From: the human T2T-CHM13v2.0 reference genome, Homo sapiens
Reading direction: 5' to 3' (one strand)
Assembly: GCF_009914755.1 (NCBI RefSeq)
Contig: NC_060933.1
Length of the DNA stretch: 64,000 nt
The notes under the pieces are model-generated. The model saw only the letters and a program-made list of their open reading frames with translations, was not told the origin of the DNA and searched no databases. This document shows positions 38,801-54,129 of this stretch, one piece after another (position 1 is the first letter of the stretch; the number at the start of each line of letters is the position of its first letter). Made by a program: the position numbers and the translations under genes.

Positions 38801-41800
38801 CCATTTGATGATGATTCCTTTTGATTCCATTTGATGATTCCATTCAATTCCATTCTATGATGATTCCATTCGCGTCCATTTGATGATTCCATTGGAATCC
38901 ATTTGATGATGATTCCATTCAATGATTCCATTTGATTATATTCAATGTTGATTCCATTTGATTTCATTCGATGCTGATTCCATTCAATTCCATTCGATGA
39001 TTCCATGTGATTCCATTCGATGATTCCTTTCGATTACACTCGACGATGATTCCATTTGATTCCATTTGATGATTCAATTTGATTCTATTTGATAATGATT
39101 CCATTCGATTCCATTTGATGATGACAGCATTCGACTCCATTTGATTATTCCATTTGATTCCATTCAATGATTGTTCCTTTCGTGTTCATTGATTATTCCA
39201 TTCCATTCCATTCGATGATTCCATTCAAGTCCATTCGATGATTCTATTCGATTCAATTCAATAATTCCTTTCGATTCCATTTGATGATGATTCCATTCGG
39301 GTGCATTCAATGATTATTCCATTCGATTCTATTTGGTGAATACTTTTGATTCCATTTGGTAATAATTCCATTCAAGACCATTCGATGGTTCCATTCAATT
39401 CATTCGATGAGGATTCCATTCAATTCCATTCGATGATTCCATTACATTCCATTTGATGATGATTCCATTTGATTTCATTCGATGATGATTGCATGCAATT
39501 CCATTCGATAATGGCCCCTTTCGTTTCCATTCGATGACAATTCCATTCGGTTCCCTTTAATGATGATTCCTTTGGATTCCATTAGATAATGATGGAATCC
39601 ATTCTACTCCATTTGATGTTAATTCATTTTGATTCCATTCGATGATGATTCCATTTGATTCCATTCGATGATGATTCCATTTGATTCCATTCGATGATGA
39701 TTCCATTTGATTACATTTGATGATGATTCCATTCAATTCCATTTGATGATTCCATTCGATTCCATATGATGATGATTCCATTCTAGTCCATTCGATGATT
39801 CCATTCTAGTCCATTCAGTGATGATTCCATTAGATTCCATTTGAAGATTCCATTTGATTCCTTTCGATGACTATTCCATTCGAGTCCATTCGGTGATTCC
39901 TTTCAATGCCAATTGAAGATTATTCCATTTGATTTCATTTGATGGTATCATTCGATACCATTCATTGATGATTCCATTACAGTGCATTCGATGATACCAT
40001 TCGGTTCCGTTTGATGATGATTCCATTCGATTCCATTCGATGATTCCATTCAATTCCATTCGATGATGATTCCATTCAAGTCCATTCGATGATTCCATTT
40101 GATTTCATTCAATGATGATTCCATTTGATTCCATTCAATGATTCCATTTGAGTCCATTTAATGATTCCATTGGGTTCAATTTGATGATGATTACATTGGA
40201 TTCCATTCTATGATTCCATTCAATTCCATTCATTGACGATTCGATTCCATTCAATGATGATTCCATTTGATTTCATTTGATGATTCTATTCGATTCCATT
40301 CGATGGTGATTCAATTCTATTATATTTGATTATTCCATTCGATTCCATTCGATGATGATTCCGTTCGATTCCATTCAATGATGATTCCATTCAATTCCAT
40401 TCGATGATGATTCCATTCGATTCCATTTGATGTTAATTCCATTCAATTCTATTCAATGATGATTCCCTTCGATTTCGTTCTATGATTCTATTCGATTCCA
40501 TTCGATGATGATTCAAATCTCTTCCATTGGATGATTCCATTTTATTCCATTTGATGATGACTCCATTCGACTCCATTCAATGATGATTCCATTCAATTCC
40601 ATTCGATGATTCCATTCGATTCCATTCAATGGTGAGCAATTCAATTCAATTCCATGATGATTCTATTTGATTCAATTAGATGATGTTTCCATTCGATTCC
40701 ATTCGATCATGATTCCATTGGAATCCATTCGATGATGATTCCATTCAAGTCCATTCGATGATGATTCCATACGAGTCCGTTCGATGATGATTCCATTCGA
40801 TTTCATTCGATGCTTCTATTCCCTTCCATTCGATGATGATTCTGTCTGATTCAATTCTATGATTCCATTCGATTCCATTCGATGATGATTCAATTCTATT
40901 TCATTCGATGATTCCATTCGATTCCATTAGATGATGATTCCATTGGATTCCATTCTATGATGACTCCATTTGATTGCATTTGATGATTATTCCATTCGTG
41001 TCCATTCAATGATTCCATTCGATTCCATTCGATGATGATTCCATTCGAGTCCATTTGATCATTCTATTTGATTCCATTCTCCGATGATTCCATTCGAGTC
41101 CATTCGATGATTCCACTCGATTCCATACAATGATGATTCCATTCATCTTCATTTATTATTCAATTCCATTCCATTCGATAATTGCATTCGAGTCCGTTCG
41201 ATGATTCTATTTGATTCCATTCGATAATTCCATTCGATTCCATTCGATGATGATTGCATTCAATTCCATTCTATGATTCCCTTTGATTCCATTCAAAGTT
41301 GATACCATTCGAGTCCATTTGATAATTCCATTCGACTCCATTCTCCAATGATTCCACTCGAGTCCATTCAATTGTTCCATTCAATTCCAGTCGATGATGA
41401 ATCCATTCAATTCCATTCGATGATTCCATTGGATTCCATTTGATGATGATTCCACTGGAGTCCATTCGATGCTGATTCCATTCGAGTCCATTCGATGATG
41501 ATTCCATTCATGTCCATTCGATGATGATTCCATTTGAGTCCATTCAATGATTCCATTCAATTCCATTCTATGATAATTCCATCCGAGTCCCTTCGATGAT
41601 TCCATTCGATTCCATTCAATGATGATTCTATTCGAGTCCATTCAATGATTCAATCTGATTCTATTCGATGATTCCATTCGATAATTCCATTTGATTCCAT
41701 TTGATGATGATTGCATTCTATTCCATTCTATGATTCCCTTTGATTCCATTCAACATTGATACCATTCGAGTCCATTTGATAATTCCATTTGACTCCATTC

Positions 41801-44800
41801 TCCAATGATTCCACTCGAGTCCATTCAATTGTTCCATTCAATTCCAGTCGATGATGATTCCATTCAATTCTATTTGATGATACCATCAGATTCCATTTGA
41901 TGATGATTCCATTCGTGTCCATTCGATGATGATTCCATTCGAGTCAATTCGATGATTCCATTCGAGTCAATTCTATGATTCCATTCAAGTCCATTCAATG
42001 ATTCCATTCGATTCCATTCGATGATGATTCCATTCGAGTCCATTCAATGATTCCATTCAATTCCATTCTATGATAATTCCATTCGAGTCCCTTTGATGAT
42101 TCCATTCAATTCCATTTGATGATGATTCTATTCGAGTCCATTTGAGGATTGCATTCTAGTCCGTTTGATGATTCCATTCGATTCCATTCAATGATGACTG
42201 CATTCGGTTCCATTCGATGATGAATACAACCGATTCCATTCGATGACTCCATTCAATTCCATTCATTGATTATTCCATTCGATTCCATTGGGTGATGATA
42301 CCATTAGATTCCATTCGATGATGATTCCATTTGATTCCATTCGATTCCATTCGATGATGATTCCATTTGATTCCATTTGATGATGATTCCATTCGATTCC
42401 ATCCGATGATGATTGCGTTCAATTCCATTCGATAATGATTCCATTCGATTCCTTTCAATGATGATTGCATTAGATTCCATTCAATGATTCCATTTGATTC
42501 CATTCGTTGCTGATTCCATTCGGGTCCATTCGATGATTCAATTCAATTCCATTCGATAATGATTCCATTCGAGTCCATTAGATGTTTCCATTCAAGTCCA
42601 TTCGATGATTCCTTTGGATTCCACTCGATGATGATTCCATTCTATCCCATTCGATGATTCCGTTTGAGTCCATCTGATGATTCCATTCGGTTCCCTTGGA
42701 TGATGATTGCATTGGATTCCATTCGTTGATGATTCCATTCGATTCCATTCAGTGATGATTCCATTCAATGTCATTCAGTGATGATTCCATTCAATTCCAT
42801 TCGATGATGATTCCATTCGATTTCATTCGATATTTCTATTTGATTCCATTCGATGATGATTCCATTTGATTTCATTCGATGTTTCTATTCGATTCCATTC
42901 GATGATGATTTAATTCTATTTTATTTGATGATTCCTTTTGATTCCATTCGATGATGATTCCATTCAATTACATTCGATGATGATTCCATTCGATTGCATT
43001 CGATGGTGATTCCTTTCTAGTCCATTCGAATATTCCATTCTATTCCATTCGATGATGATTCCATTGGAGTCCATTCGATGATTCCATTCGATTCCATTCG
43101 ATGATGATTCCATTCGACTCCATTCGATGATTCCATTAGATTCCATTCGATGATGATTCCATTGGAGTCCATTCAATGATTATATTTGATTCCATTCGAT
43201 GATGATTCCGCTCAAGTCCATTCGATGATTCCATTCGAGCCCTTTTGATTAATCCATTAGATTCCATTTGATGATGATTCCATTCGATGCCATTCAATGA
43301 TTCCATTCGCTTCCATTCAATGATGATTCTATTCAAATCCACTCGATGATTCCACTCGATTCCATTCAATGACTCCATTCAATCCCATTAGATGATTCCC
43401 TTTGATTCCATTCGATGATCATTCCATTTGAATCAATTCGGTGATACCATTCTATTCCATTTGATGATGAATCTATTCAATTCCATTCGATGATGATTCC
43501 ATTCATTCCATTCGATGATGATTCCATTCGATTCCATTCGATGATGATTCCATTAGAGTCCATTCAATGATTCCATTCAATTCCATTTGAAGATGATTCC
43601 ATTTCGTGTCCTTTCAATGATTCCATTTGACTCCATTCGGTGATGATTCCATTCCATGCCATTCAATGATTCCATCCGATTTCATTCGATGAAGATTGCA
43701 TTCGCTTCCATTCATTGATGATTCCATTTGATTCCATTTGATGATGATTCCATTCATATCCATTCGATGATGGTTCCATTCGAGTCCAATTGATCATTCC
43801 ATTTGAGTCTGTTCGATGATTCCATTCGATTCCATCCCATTATGATTCGAGTCCATGCAATGATTCCTTTCAATTCTATTTGATGATTCAAATTGATTCC
43901 ATTCGATGATTCACTTCAATTACTTTTGATGATGATTCCATTCGATTCCATTCACTGATTCCTTTCAATTCCATTCAATGATGATTCCATTCGATTCCTT
44001 TCGATGATGATTCCTTTTGATTCCATAAGATTTTCATTCCATTCGATTCCATTGATGATGATTTCTTTTGAATCCATTCGATGATTCCATTCATGTCCAT
44101 TCGATGATTCCTTTCGAGTCCATTCCACAATTATTCCATTTGATTACATTCGATGATGATTAAATTTGACTCCATTCGATGATTCCATGCCCTTCCATTC
44201 GATGAGGATTCCATTAGTGTCCATTCGATTATTACATTCAATTCCATTCAATGAAGAGTCCATTCCATTACATTAGATGCTTCCAATCAATTCAATTCGA
44301 TGATGATTCCATTTGATTCCATTCATTGGTTCCATTCCATTCCATTGGATAATGATTCCATTCGTGTCCATTCAATGATTCTGTTTGAATCCATTTGATG
44401 TTTGCTTTTGATTCCATTCTATGATGATTCCATTTGATTCCATTTGATGATGATTCCATTCCATAACAGTCTATGATTCCATTCTATTCCATTCAATGAG
44501 GATTCCATTTGATTCCATTCAATGATTCTATGTGATTCCATTCGAGGATGATTCCGTTGGATTCCATTCGATGATTCAATTCGCTTCCATTCAATGTTGA
44601 TTCCATTCGATTCCATTTGATGATTCCATTCGATTCCATTTGATGATGATTCCATTAGTGTCCATTGGACGATTCCATACAAATCCATTCAATCATACCG
44701 TTCAATTCCATTTGATGATTCCCATCGATTCCCTCCGATGGTCATTCCATTCTATTCCATTGGATGATTCCATTTGATTGCATTCGATGCTGATTGCATT

Positions 44801-47800
44801 CTCAACCATTCGATGATGATTCCATTAGATTCCATTCGATGCTGATTCCATTTGATTCCATTCGATGCTGACTCCATTAGGTTCGATATGATGATGATTC
44901 CATTAGATTCCATTTGATGATTCCATTCCATTCATTGATGATTCTCTTTGATTCCATTCGATGATGATTCCATTTGGTTCCATTTGATGATGATTCCACT
45001 CAGTTCCATACGATGAAGATTCCATTAGATTCCATTTGATGATTCCATTCGATTCCATTCATTGATGATTCCATTCGATGATGATTCCATTCGATTCCAT
45101 TCGATGATGATTCCATTCAATGTCATTAGATGATGATTCCATTCGATTCCATTCGATGATGATTCCATTCGATTTCATTTGATGTTTCTATTCAATTCCA
45201 TTCGATGATGATTCAATTCTATTTTATTTGATGATTCCTTTCGATTCCATTCAATGATGATTCCATTTGATTCCATTCGATGATGATTCCATTCGATTGC
45301 ATTTGATGGTGATTCCTTTCTTGTCCATTCGAATATTCCATTCTATTCCATTCAATGACGATTCCATTTGGGTCCATTCAATGATTCCATTTGGTTCCAT
45401 TCAATGATGATTCCATTCGACTCCATTCGATGATTCCATTTGATTCCACTCCATGATGATTCCATTCGACTTCATTCAATGATTCATTTCTATTCCATTC
45501 GATGATGATTCCATTGGAGTCCATTCAATGATTCTATTCGATTCCATTCGATGGCGATTCCTCTCGAGTCCATTCGATGATTCCATTCAAGTCCATTCCA
45601 TTAATCCATTAGATTCCATTTGATGCTGGTTCCATTCGATGCCATTCAATGATTCCATTCGCTTCCATTCAATGATGATTCCATTCGAGTCCATTCGATG
45701 ATTCCATTCGATTCCATTCAATGATGATTCCATTCGAATCCACTCAATGATTCCACTCGATTCCATTAGATGACTCCGTTCAATCCCATTAGATGATTCC
45801 CTTCGATTCCATTCGATGATCATTCCGTTTGAATCAATTTGGTGATACCATTCTATTCCAATCGATGATGAATCCATTCGATTCCATTTGATTATGACTC
45901 CATTTGATTCCATTCGAGGATGATTTCATTCACGTCCATACAATGATTCCATTTGATGGTGATTCCACTTAAGTCCATTCGATGATTCCATTATTGTTCA
46001 TTCTATAATTCCATTAGATTCCATTTGGTGATGATTAGATTTGATGCCATTTGATGATTCCATTCAATTCCATTCAGGGATGATTCCACTTGTGCCCATT
46101 CGATGATTCCATTTGATTCCACTTGAGGATGATTCCATTCATGTCCATTCCATGATTCCATTCAATTCCATTCGATGATGATTCCATACGAATCTGTTTG
46201 ATGATTCCATTCAATTCCCTTCGATGATTCCGTTCGTTCCCTTTCTATAATTCCATTCGATTCCATTCGATGATGACTCCATTTTGTTCTATTTGATAAT
46301 GATTCCATTCGGTTCCATATGATGATGATTCCATTCAATTCCATTCGATGATTCCATTTGATTCCATTCGATGATGATTCCATTCATTCCATTCGATGAT
46401 GATTCCATTCGATTCCATTCGATGATGATTCCTTTCGAGTCCATTCAATGATTCCATTCAATTCCAATTGATTCCATTCGATGATGATTCCATTCATATC
46501 CATTCAATGATGATTCCATTCTAGTCCAATCAATCATTCCATTTGAGACTATTTGATGATTCCATTCGATTCCATCCCATTATGATTCAATTCGAGTCCA
46601 TTCAATGATGATTCCATTCAATTCTATTTGATGATTCAAATCAATTCCATTCGATGCTTCACTTCAATTACTTTTGATGATGATTCCCTTTGATTCCATT
46701 CACGGATTCCGTTCAATTCCTTTCGATGATGATTCCATTAGGTTTCATTTGATGATGATTGCATTCGGTTCCATTGGATGATGATTCCATTAGTTTCCAT
46801 TCGATGGTTCCGTTCGATTCCATTCGTGGATGATTTCATTTGATTCCATTCAATGATGATTTCATTTGATTCCATTTGACGATGATTTCATTCGATGATG
46901 ATTCCATTCGATTCCATTCGAAGATAATTCCATTCGATTTCTTTTGATGATTCTATTCCCTTCTATTTTATGATTATTCCATTCGATTCCATTGATGATG
47001 ACTGTCTTAGAGTCCATAAAATGATTCCATTCGAATCCATTCGATGATGATAACATTCGATTCCATTCGATGATGATTCCCTTCATTTCCAATCGATGAT
47101 TCCATTGGATTCCATTGGATGATGATTCATTCTGATTCCATTGGATGATGATTCCATTCGATTGCATTTGATGATGATTCCATTCATTTCCATTCAATGA
47201 TGTTTCCATTCAATTACATTCGATGATGATTCCACTTGATGATGATTCCACCAGAGTCCATTTGATGATGATTCCATTCGATTCCAGTCGATGATGATTC
47301 CATTTGAGTCCATTCAATGATTCCATTCGATTCCATTCAATGATGATTCCATTCGAATCCATTCGATGATTCCATTCGATTCTATTCAATGTCAATTCCA
47401 TTCGAGTCCATTCGATGTTTCCATTCGATTCCATTCAATGATGATTCCACTCAACAATTTTCAATGTTTCCATTGGATTCTATTTAATGATGAATCAGTT
47501 CGAGCCCATTTGATGATTCCATTCAATTCTTTCAATGATGATTTAATTCAATTCCATTCAATTGTGATTCCATTCAATTCCATTCAATGATTCCATTCGA
47601 TTCCATTCGAAGATGAGTCCGTTCACTTCCATTCGTTGATTCCATTCAATTCTATTCAATGATTCCATTCGATTTCAGTCGTTGATGTTTCCATTCGATT
47701 CCATTGGATGATTATTCCATTCGATTCCATTCAATGATGATTCCATTCGTTCCATTTGATGATGATTCTATTCGATTCCATTCGAGGATGATTCCATTAG

Positions 47801-50605
47801 AGTCCATTCGATGAATCCATTTGATTCCATTCAATGATTCCATTCGATTCCATTCCTAGATGATTCCATTCAAGTCCATTCAATGATTCCATTGCATTCC
47901 ATTTGATGCTGATTCTGTTCGAGTCCACTCAATGATTATTCCATTTGATTCCATTCGATGATGATTCTATTTGATTCCATTCGAGGATGATTCCATTAAA
48001 GTGTATTCGATGATTCCATTCGAGTCCATTCGATGATTCCATTCGATTGCATTCGATGATGATTCAATTCATGTCCATTCGATGTTACCATTCGATTCCA
48101 TTCGATGATGACTCCTTTTGATTACTCTCATTAATGATTCCATTTGGTTCCATTTGATGATGATTCCATTCGAGTCCATTCGATGATTCCACTGAATTCC
48201 ATTAGATGATTATTCCATTCGATTCCATTCAGTGGTGATTCCATTCAATTCCTTTCCATGATTCCATTCGATTCCATTCAATGATGATTTCATTCAATTC
48301 CATACCATGATTCCATTCGATTCCTTTCAATGATGATTCCCTTTGATTGCATTTGATGATGACTCCATTTGATTTCATTCAATGATGATTCCATTCAATT
48401 CCATTCGATGATGATTCCATTAGAGTCCATTCGATGATGATTCCATTAGAGTCCATTTGATGATGATTCCATTCGAGTCCATTCAATGATTCCATTCAAT
48501 TCCCTTTGATGATTCCATTTCATCCCATTCGATGATTCCATTCCATCCCATTCGATGATTCCTTTCGATTCCATCTGATGATCATTCCATTCGATTGAAT
48601 TTGGTGATACAATTCGATTCCATTCAATGATGATTCCATTCGATTCCATTCGATCATGAGTCCATTTGATTCCATTTGATGATTACTCCTTTCGGTTACA
48701 TTTGATGGTGATTCCATTTGGTTCCATTCGATGATGATTCCATTAGATTCCACTCTATGATTCCATTTCATTCCATTCAATGATGATTCCATTTGAGTCA
48801 TTCGATGATTCCATTACATTCCATTTGATAATGAGTCTATTCGATTAAATTTGATGATGATTCCATTTGATTCCATTTGATGATTATTCCATTTGATTTC
48901 ATTTGATGATTCTATTTTTTTCCATTTGAAGGTGATTCTGTTCTATTCCATTTGCTAATTCCATTTGCTTTCATTTGATGATGAGTCTATTTGATTCCAT
49001 TTGATGATGATTCCATTCGATTCCACTTGATAATGATTCCATTCGTGTCCATTCGATGACTATTCCATTCGATTCCATGCGATGATGATTCCATTTGAGC
49101 TCATTCAATAATTCAATGCGATTTCATTCGATGACAATTACATTTGATTCTATTTGATGATTGCATTCTATTCCATTTGATGATGATTCCATTTGAGTCC
49201 ATTCAATGATTCCATTCAATTCTATTCTATGATGATTCCATTCGTGTCATTTGATGATTCCATTAGATTTCATTCAATGATAATTCCATTCGATTCCATT
49301 AGATGATTACATTTGATTCCATTCAATGACGATTCCATTTGAGTCCATTGGATGATTCCATTTTATTTCATTCGATGATGATTCCATTTGAGACCATTCG
49401 ATGATTCCATTTGAATCCATTTGATGACTGTTTCCAATTATATTCGATGATGATTCCATTCGAGTCCATTCGATGATTCCATTCGATTAAATTCAATGAC
49501 GATTCCTTTCAGGTCGATTAGGGGATTCCATTTGATTCCATTCGATGATGACTCCATTCGAGTCCATTCATTGATTCCATTCGATTCCATCCATTCGATG
49601 ATGATTCTATTCGAGTCCACTCGTTGATTCCATTTGATTCCATTCAATGATGTTTCCATTCGAGCCCATTCAATGATTACATTTGATTCCATTGGATGAT
49701 GAATCCACTCGAGTCCATTCAATGATTCCATTCTAGTCCATTTGATGATTCCCTTAGATTCCATTCAGTGATGATTCCACTCGATGCCATTCAATGATTA
49801 GATTCAATTCCATTTGATGTTGTTTCCAATCGAGTCCATTTGATGATTCCATTCGATTCCATTCAATGATGATTCCATTCGTGCCTACTCAATGATTCCA
49901 ATCGATTCCATTCGAATATGATTCCATTCGACTCCATTCGATGATGATTCCATTCGATTTCATTCGGTGATTCTATTCATTTCCATTTGATGATGATTCC
50001 ATTCTCTTCCAGTCTATGATTCCATTTGATGCCATTCAATGTTACATTCGATTACATTCAATGATGACTCCATTCTATTCCATTTGATGATTCCATTCGA
50101 TTCCATTCGATGATGATTCCATTCGATTCCATTCAATGATGATTCCATTCGTGTCCATTGGATGATTACATTTCATTGCTTTCAAAGATGATTCTGTTCG
50201 CGTCCATTAGATGATTCCATTCGATTCCATTCATTGATGATTCCATTAGATTCCATTCGATGATTCCATTCGATTCCATTTGATGATGATTCCATTGAAT
50301 TCCATTCAATGATTACATTCGATTTCATTTGATGATGATTCTTTTTGAGTACATTCGATGATTCCATAACATTACATTAGATGGTGATTCCATTCGATTC
50401 CATTCGATGATTCCTTTCATGTCCATTCAATGACACCATTCGATTCCATTCGATGACTCCATTCGTTTCCACTCGTTGATGATTCCATTTGATTCAATTT
50501 GATGATGATTTCATTCGATTCCTTTCATTGATGATTCGATTGGACTCCATTCAATGATGATTCCATTTGACTCCATTCAATGATGTTTCCATTCGTCTCC
50601 ATTCG
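11878..50605 (+). repeat. Human Satellite II (HSat2/HSATII) array, diverged, ~38.7 kb
   Basis: Continuous (CATTC)n-derived sequence built from 23 bp ATTCCATTCGATTCCATTCGATG and 26 bp ...GATGATG units, with frequent CGAGTC. The GATGATG spacers distinguish it from HSat3. One orientation throughout. Confidence 0.97.
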
Positions 50606-52774
50606 AAACTAGTTTTTGATTGTGTACTAAATTAACAGAGTTGAAATTTTCTTTTGATAGACCAGTTTAGAAACACTCTTTTTGTAGAATCTACAAGTGG
50701 ATATTTCGAGAGCTTTGAGGATTTCATTGGAAACGGGAATATCTTCATATAAAATCTAGACAGAAGGATTCTCAGAAACATCTTTGGGATGCTTGCATTC
50801 AAGTCACAGAGTTGAACATTCCTTTTCATACAGCATGTTTGAAACAGTCTTTTTATAGCATCTGGAAGTGGACATTTTGATCGCTTTGAAGCCTTTAGTG
50901 AAAAAGGAAATATCTTCCCATAAAAATTAGACAGAAGCATTCTCAGAAACTTGTTAGTGATGAGTGTAGTCAACTAACAGAGTTGAACCTTTCTTTTGAT
51001 AAAGCAATGTTGAAACACTCTTTTTGTGGATTCTGCAAGTGGATATTTGGATAGCTTAGCGGAATTTGTTGGAAAAGGGAATATCTTCATATAAAATCAA
51101 GACAGAAGCATTCTCAGAAACATCTTCGCGATGTTTGCATTCAAGTCACAACGTTGAACATTCCCTTTCATAGAGCAGGTCTGAAACACTTATTTTGTAG
51201 TATCTGGAATGGCACATTTGGGGCGCATTGTGGCCTATGGTGAAAAAGGGATTATCTTCCCATAGAAACTAGACAGAAGCATTCTGAGAAACTATTTTGT
51301 GATGTGTGTACTCAACTAACGGAGTTGATAATTTCTTTTGATAGAGCAGTTTTGAAACACTCTTTTTGTAGAATCTACAAGTGGATATTTGGATAGATTT
51401 GAGGATTTCGTTGGAAACGGAAATATCTTCATATAAAATCTAGACAGAAGCATTAAGAGAAACTTCTTTGTGATGTTTGCATTCAAGTCACAGAGTTGAA
51501 CATTCCCTTTCATAGAACAGGTTTGGAACACTGCTTTTGTAGTATGTGGAACTGGACATTTGGAGTGCTTTGTGGCATATGGTGAAAAAGGAAATAACTT
51601 CCCATTAAAAACTAGACAGAAGCATTATCAGAAACTTGTTTAGGATGTGTGTACTCAACTAACAGAGTTGAACCTTTCTTTTGTTAGAGCAGCTTTGAAA
51701 CACACTTTTTGTAGAATTTGCAAGTGGATATTTGGATAGCTTTGAGGGTTTCGTAGGAAACGGGAACATCTTCATATAATATCTAGACAGAAGAATTATC
51801 AGAAACTACTTTGGGATGTTTGCAGTCAAGTCACAGAGTTGAACACACCCTTTCATAGAGCAGGTTTGAAACACTGATTTTGTAGTATCTGGAACTGGAC
51901 ATTTAGAACGCTTTGTGGCCTATGGTGAAAAAAGAAATATCTTCCCATAAATATTACACAGAAGCATTCTCAGAAACTACTTTGCGATATGTGTACTCAA
52001 CTAACAGAGACAAGCTTTTCTTTTGATAGAGCAGTTTTGAAACAGCCTTTTTGTAGAATCTGCAAGTGGATATTTGGACAGCTTTGTGGATTTCGTTGGA
52101 AATGGGAATATTTTCTTATAAAATCTGGATGGAAGCATTCTCAGAAACATCTTTTGGATGTTTGCATTCCAGTCAGAGAGTTGAAAATTCCGTTTCATAG
52201 AGCAGGTATGAAACAATGATTTTGTCGTATCTCAAAATGGACATTTGGACACCCTGGTGGCGTATGGTGAAGAAGGAAATATCTTCCCATAAAAACTAGG
52301 CAGAAGCATTCTCAGAAACCAGTTGGTGATCTGTGTACTCAACTAAGAGAGTTGAACTTTTGTTTTGATAGAGCAGTTTTGAAACACTCTCTTTGTAGAA
52401 TCTGCAAGTGGATATTTGCACAGCTTTGTGGATTTCGTTAAAAACGGGAATATCTTCCTATAAAATCTGGACAGAAGCATTCTCAGAAACATCTTTTGGA
52501 TGTTTGCATTCCAGTCAGAGAGTTGAACATTCTCTCTCATAGAGCAGGTTTGAAACACTCTTTTTGTGGTATGTGGAAGTGGACATTTGAGTCACTTAGA
52601 GGCCTATGGTGAAAAAGGACATATCTTCCCATAAAAGCTAGACAGAAGCATTCTCAGAAACGAGTTTGTGATGTGTATACTCAACTAACAGAGTTGAACC
52701 TTTCTTTTGATAGAGCAATTTTGAAACACTCTTTTTGTAGAATCTGCAAGTGGATAATTGGATAGCTTTGAGGA

Positions 52775-52791
52775 TTTCGTTGGAAACGGGA
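52775..52791 (+). promoter_or_regulatory. CENP-B box (canonical)
   Basis: TTTCGTTGGAAACGGGA. Confidence 0.9.
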
Positions 52792-54129
52792 ATATCTTCA
52801 TATAAAATTTAGACAAGCATTCTCAGAATGTGATGATTGCATTCAAGTCACAGAGTTGAACGTTCCCTCTCATAGAGCAGGTTAGAAACACTGATATTGT
52901 AGTATCTGGAACTGGACATTTGTAGCGCTTTGTAGCCTGTATTGAAAAAGGAAATATCTTCCCATAAAAACTAGACAGAAGCATTCTCAGAAACTAGTTT
53001 GTGATGTCTGTACTCAACTAACAGAGATGAACCTTTCTTTTATTAGAGCAGTTTTGAAACACTCTTTTTGTAGAATGTGCAAGTGGATATTTGGATAGCT
53101 TTGAGGATTTCATTGGAAACTGGAATATCTTCATATAAAATCTAGACAGAAGCATACTCGGAAACATCTCTGTGATGTTTGCATTCTAGTCACAGAGGTG
53201 AACATTCACTTTCATAGAGGAGGTTTGAAACATTGATTATTGTAGTATCTGGACCTGGATATTTGGAGCGATTTTTGGCCTATGGTGAAAAAGGAAATAT
53301 TTTCCCATAAAAACTACACAGAAGCATTCTCAGAAACAGGTATGTGATGAGTGTACTCAACTAACGCAGTTGAACCTTTCTTTTCACAAAGCAGTTTTGA
53401 AACACTCTTATTGTAGAATCTGCAAATGGATATTTGGATAGTTTGAGGATTTCGTTCAAAAGGGGAATATCTTCAAATAAAATCTAGACAGAAGCATTCT
53501 CAGAAACATCTTTGGGCTGTTTGCATTCAAGTCTCACAGTTGAACATTCCCTTTCATAGAGAAGGTTTGAAAAAGTATTTTTGTAATATCTGGAAGTGGA
53601 CATTTGGATCGCTTTGTGGCCTATGGTGAAACAGGAAATATCTTCGCATAAAAACTAGACAGAATCATTCTCATAAACTTCTTTGGGTTATGTGTACTCA
53701 TGTAACAAAGTTGAACCTTTCTTTTGATAGAACAGTTTTGAAACACACTTTTTGTAGAATCTGCAAGTAGATATTTGGATAGCTTTGGGTATGTCGTTGG
53801 AAACGGGAATATCTTCATATAAAATCTAGAAAGAAGTATTCTCAGAATCAACTTTGGGATGTTTGCACTCAAGTCACAGAGTTGTACATTCTCTTTCATA
53901 GAGCAGGTTTGAAACACTCTTTTTGTAATATCTGGAATGGACAATTTGATCGATTTGAGGACTACGGTTAAAAATGTAAATATCTTCGCATAAAAACTAG
54001 ACAGAAGCATTCTCATAAACTTCTTTGTGATGTGTGTACTCAACAGAGTTCAAGCTTTCTTTTGATAGAGCAGTTTTGAAACACTCTTTTTGTAGAATCT
54101 GCAAGTGCATATTAGGATAGCTTTGAGGA

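Noticed and set aside
12041-50367. Numerous minus-strand MESNGIIEWN-type ORFs suggesting a repeat-protein family
   Set aside because: They are translations of HSat2 (GAATG)n. The strand bias follows from TGA abundance on the + strand and ATG abundance on the - strand. Such peptides are a known source of spurious database proteins from human contamination.
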